24,949 nucleotides of DNA, taken from IMG/VR virus record IMGVR_UViG_3300022187_000019; one strand, given 5' to 3'. Shown here piece by piece: positions 23,658-24,949 of this stretch. How positions within the stretch are numbered: position 1 is the first letter of the stretch; every line of letters begins with the position of its first letter. The translations under genes and the position numbers were made by a program. This DNA comes from a virus (lineage: Duplodnaviria; Heunggongvirae; Uroviricota; Caudoviricetes). The notes under the pieces are model-generated. The model was given only the letters and a program-made list of their open reading frames with translations. It searched no databases and was not told the DNA's origin.

Positions 23658-23686
23658 TTGACAGCCAGACTGTCGCTGTGTATAGT
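23658..23686 (+). promoter_or_regulatory. Promoter of tRNA operon 2
   Basis: TTGACA-N17-TATAGT. Confidence 0.85.
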
Positions 23687-23736
23687 TCGGCTTCATTCAC
23701 GGCAATTATGCCTCACAGGATTTTTTGAGACCTACC

Positions 23737-23799
23737 ATGGAACGCTTCGGATTCAAACGAGATCGCCGGGAACGCGGCGAACGAGGTTTTAGCCTCTAA
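23737..23799 (+). CDS. Putative 20-aa leader peptide of tRNA operon 2
   Basis: MERFGFKRDRRERGERGFSL*. The upstream module is paralogous to that of leader 1. Confidence 0.65.
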   Translation: MERFGFKRDRRERGERGFSL

Positions 23800-23835
23800 T
23801 CCGGTAGTGCTCCTAGCTATCGGTGCTGTTTTAGC

Positions 23836-23911
23836 GGATCGATAGCTCAGTAGGTAGAGCGGCGGATTCTTACTCCGCAGGTGCTGGGTTCAAGCCCCAG
23901 TCGATCCTCCA
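23836..23911 (+). tRNA. tRNA-Lys(CTT)
   Basis: Cloverleaf, loop TTCTTAC, unusual U73, CCA. Confidence 0.88.
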
Positions 23912-23930
23912 AATCAGCATCGATATTTAG

Positions 23931-23964
23931 ACGCCCTACCGCCCCCGGTGGGGCGTTTTTCGTT
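23931..23964 (+). terminator. Intrinsic terminator after the first tRNA of operon 2
   Basis: ACGCCCTACCG-CCCC-CGGTGGGGCGT followed by TTTTCGTT. Confidence 0.75.
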
Positions 23965-23977
23965 GTTCCCGGTCTTT

Positions 23978-24053
23978 GGACCGGTAGCTCAATTGGCAGA
24001 GCAGTGGGCTTTTAACCCGAAGGTTGTGGGATCGTGGCCCACCCGGTTCACCA
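23978..24053 (+). tRNA. tRNA-Lys(TTT)
   Basis: Loop CTTTTAA, atypical T loop ATCGTGG, CCA. Confidence 0.87.
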
Positions 24054-24070
24054 AACACAAAGGAGACAGC

Positions 24071-24457
24071 TTGGCTTGGGATGATGAGGCGAAACGTGCC
24101 TATGCGAAAAACTACTATGCCGAGAACGGTGCCAAGATGCGGAAAGTCACCGCTGAGGCGCAAGCTCTTCGTAGGCAGTTAGCGCAAGAATACGTTATCG
24201 ACTATCTCAGCAAGCACCCGTGCATAGACTGTGGGGAAGATGACATAATCGTCCTTGAGTTTGATCATGTCGATCGGGCCACCAAGGAGTTCAATGTCTC
24301 TAAGGCAGTCAGAGACGGAACAAAGTTACCTCGACTGATCGAGGAGATCAATAAGTGTGTCGTCCGGTGCGCGAACTGTCACCGCCGGAAGACATACGCG
24401 GAAATGGGTTACACCAGCCGATTGTATCCTCATCAGAAAAGGCAAATGCAGGTATAG
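24071..24457 (+). CDS. Free-standing HNH endonuclease
   Basis: AGGAG SD with TTG start; CIDC...LEFDH...CANCHRRK; lower GC than its neighbours. Confidence 0.88.
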   Translation: MAWDDEAKRAYAKNYYAENGAKMRKVTAEAQALRRQLAQEYVIDYLSKHPCIDCGEDDIIVLEFDHVDRATKEFNVSKAVRDGTKLPRLIEEINKCVVRCANCHRRKTYAEMGYTSRLYPHQKRQMQV

Positions 24458-24522
24458 CTCAGTAGGAAGAGCACTGGTCTGCCAGTCCAGAGACACGGGT
24501 TCGAACCCCGTTGCCCGCTCCA
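24448..24522 (+). tRNA. tRNA-Gly(GCC)
   Basis: Loop CTGCCAG, U73, CCA; overlaps the HNH stop codon. Confidence 0.88.
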
Positions 24523-24535
24523 GTTTTTATGCAAT

Positions 24536-24612
24536 GCAGGCGTAGCTCAGCGGTAGAGCGGGAGGTTTCCACCCTCCGGCAGCGCGAGTTCGATCCTCGC
24601 CGTCTGCTCCAG
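24536..24612 (+). tRNA. tRNA-Gly (CCC-type) with an 8-nt anticodon loop
   Basis: GGAGG-TTTCCCAC-CCTCC; U73; CCA. Confidence 0.82.
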
Positions 24613-24618
24613 CATATG

Positions 24619-24693
24619 GGAACGTAGCTCAGTTGGTAGAGCACCGGATTGTCTATCTGGTTGTCGCGGGTTCGAACCCCGTCGTTCTCGCCA
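24619..24693 (+). tRNA. tRNA-Asp(GTC)
   Basis: Loop TTGTCTA, G73, CCA. Confidence 0.92.
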
Positions 24694-24700
24694 TTTCCAT

Positions 24701-24775
24701 GGCGCATTCGTCTAGCGGACAGGACACGGGCTTCTCAAGCCTGAGACGGGGGTTCGATTCCCCCATGCGCTACCA
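24701..24775 (+). tRNA. tRNA-Glu(CTC)
   Basis: Loop TTCTCAA, CCA. Confidence 0.92.
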
Positions 24776-24776
24776 T

Positions 24777-24854
24777 CTCGCCGTCTTCTAAATGGCCTAA
24801 GAACCTTGCCTTTCAAGCAGGTCAATGCGGGTTCGAATCCCGTCGGCGAGACCA
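24777..24854 (+). tRNA. tRNA-Glu(TTC)
   Basis: Loop CTTTCAA, CCA. Confidence 0.92.
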
Positions 24855-24862
24855 GTTTCAAT

Positions 24863-24943
24863 GCCGCTGTAACCCCCTCCGCTACGAACGGAGAGAAAGG
24901 TAACTGGATGCAAATGCAGGTTCGAATCCTGTCAGCGGCTCCA
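24863..24943 (+). tRNA. D-armless tRNA-Arg(ACG)-like RNA with a 22-nt variable region
   Basis: GCCGCTG/CAGCGGC acceptor, 7-nt linker, CTCCG-CTACGAA-CGGAG, canonical T arm, CCA. Confidence 0.75.
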
Positions 24944-24949
24944 CCCTCT

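Overview
A segment of a large, high-GC tailed-phage genome. The gene set (T7-like PolA, Cas4-like nuclease, SNF2 helicase, small tyrosine recombinase, tRNA arrays) resembles phiCbK-like alphaproteobacterial phages; that assignment is inferred. Positions 1-16070 are a minus-strand replication and nucleotide-metabolism block driven by a repeated TTGACA promoter family. Positions 16100-18440 hold plus-strand small genes and the recombinase. Positions 18460-20860 are an RNA-rich region: an unidentified ~220-nt structured RNA, a probable GOLLD RNA with an embedded degenerate tRNA-Lys, and an 8-tRNA operon. Positions 20925-23617 are a lipoprotein / glutathionylspermidine-synthase-like / K+ channel / NUDIX cassette. 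From 23650 to the end is a second tRNA operon interrupted by an HNH gene. Main discovery candidate: each tRNA operon is preceded by a paralogous promoter-leader module with a tiny ORF whose amino acids mirror the tRNAs downstream (M/N/I/P/A/V for operon 1; K/G/D/E/R for operon 2). Operon 1 also has a terminator between leader and tRNAs. This suggests ribosome-mediated attenuation that switches on phage tRNA supply when the matching host tRNAs are depleted. All calls are from reading the sequence; no database searches or folding programs were run.
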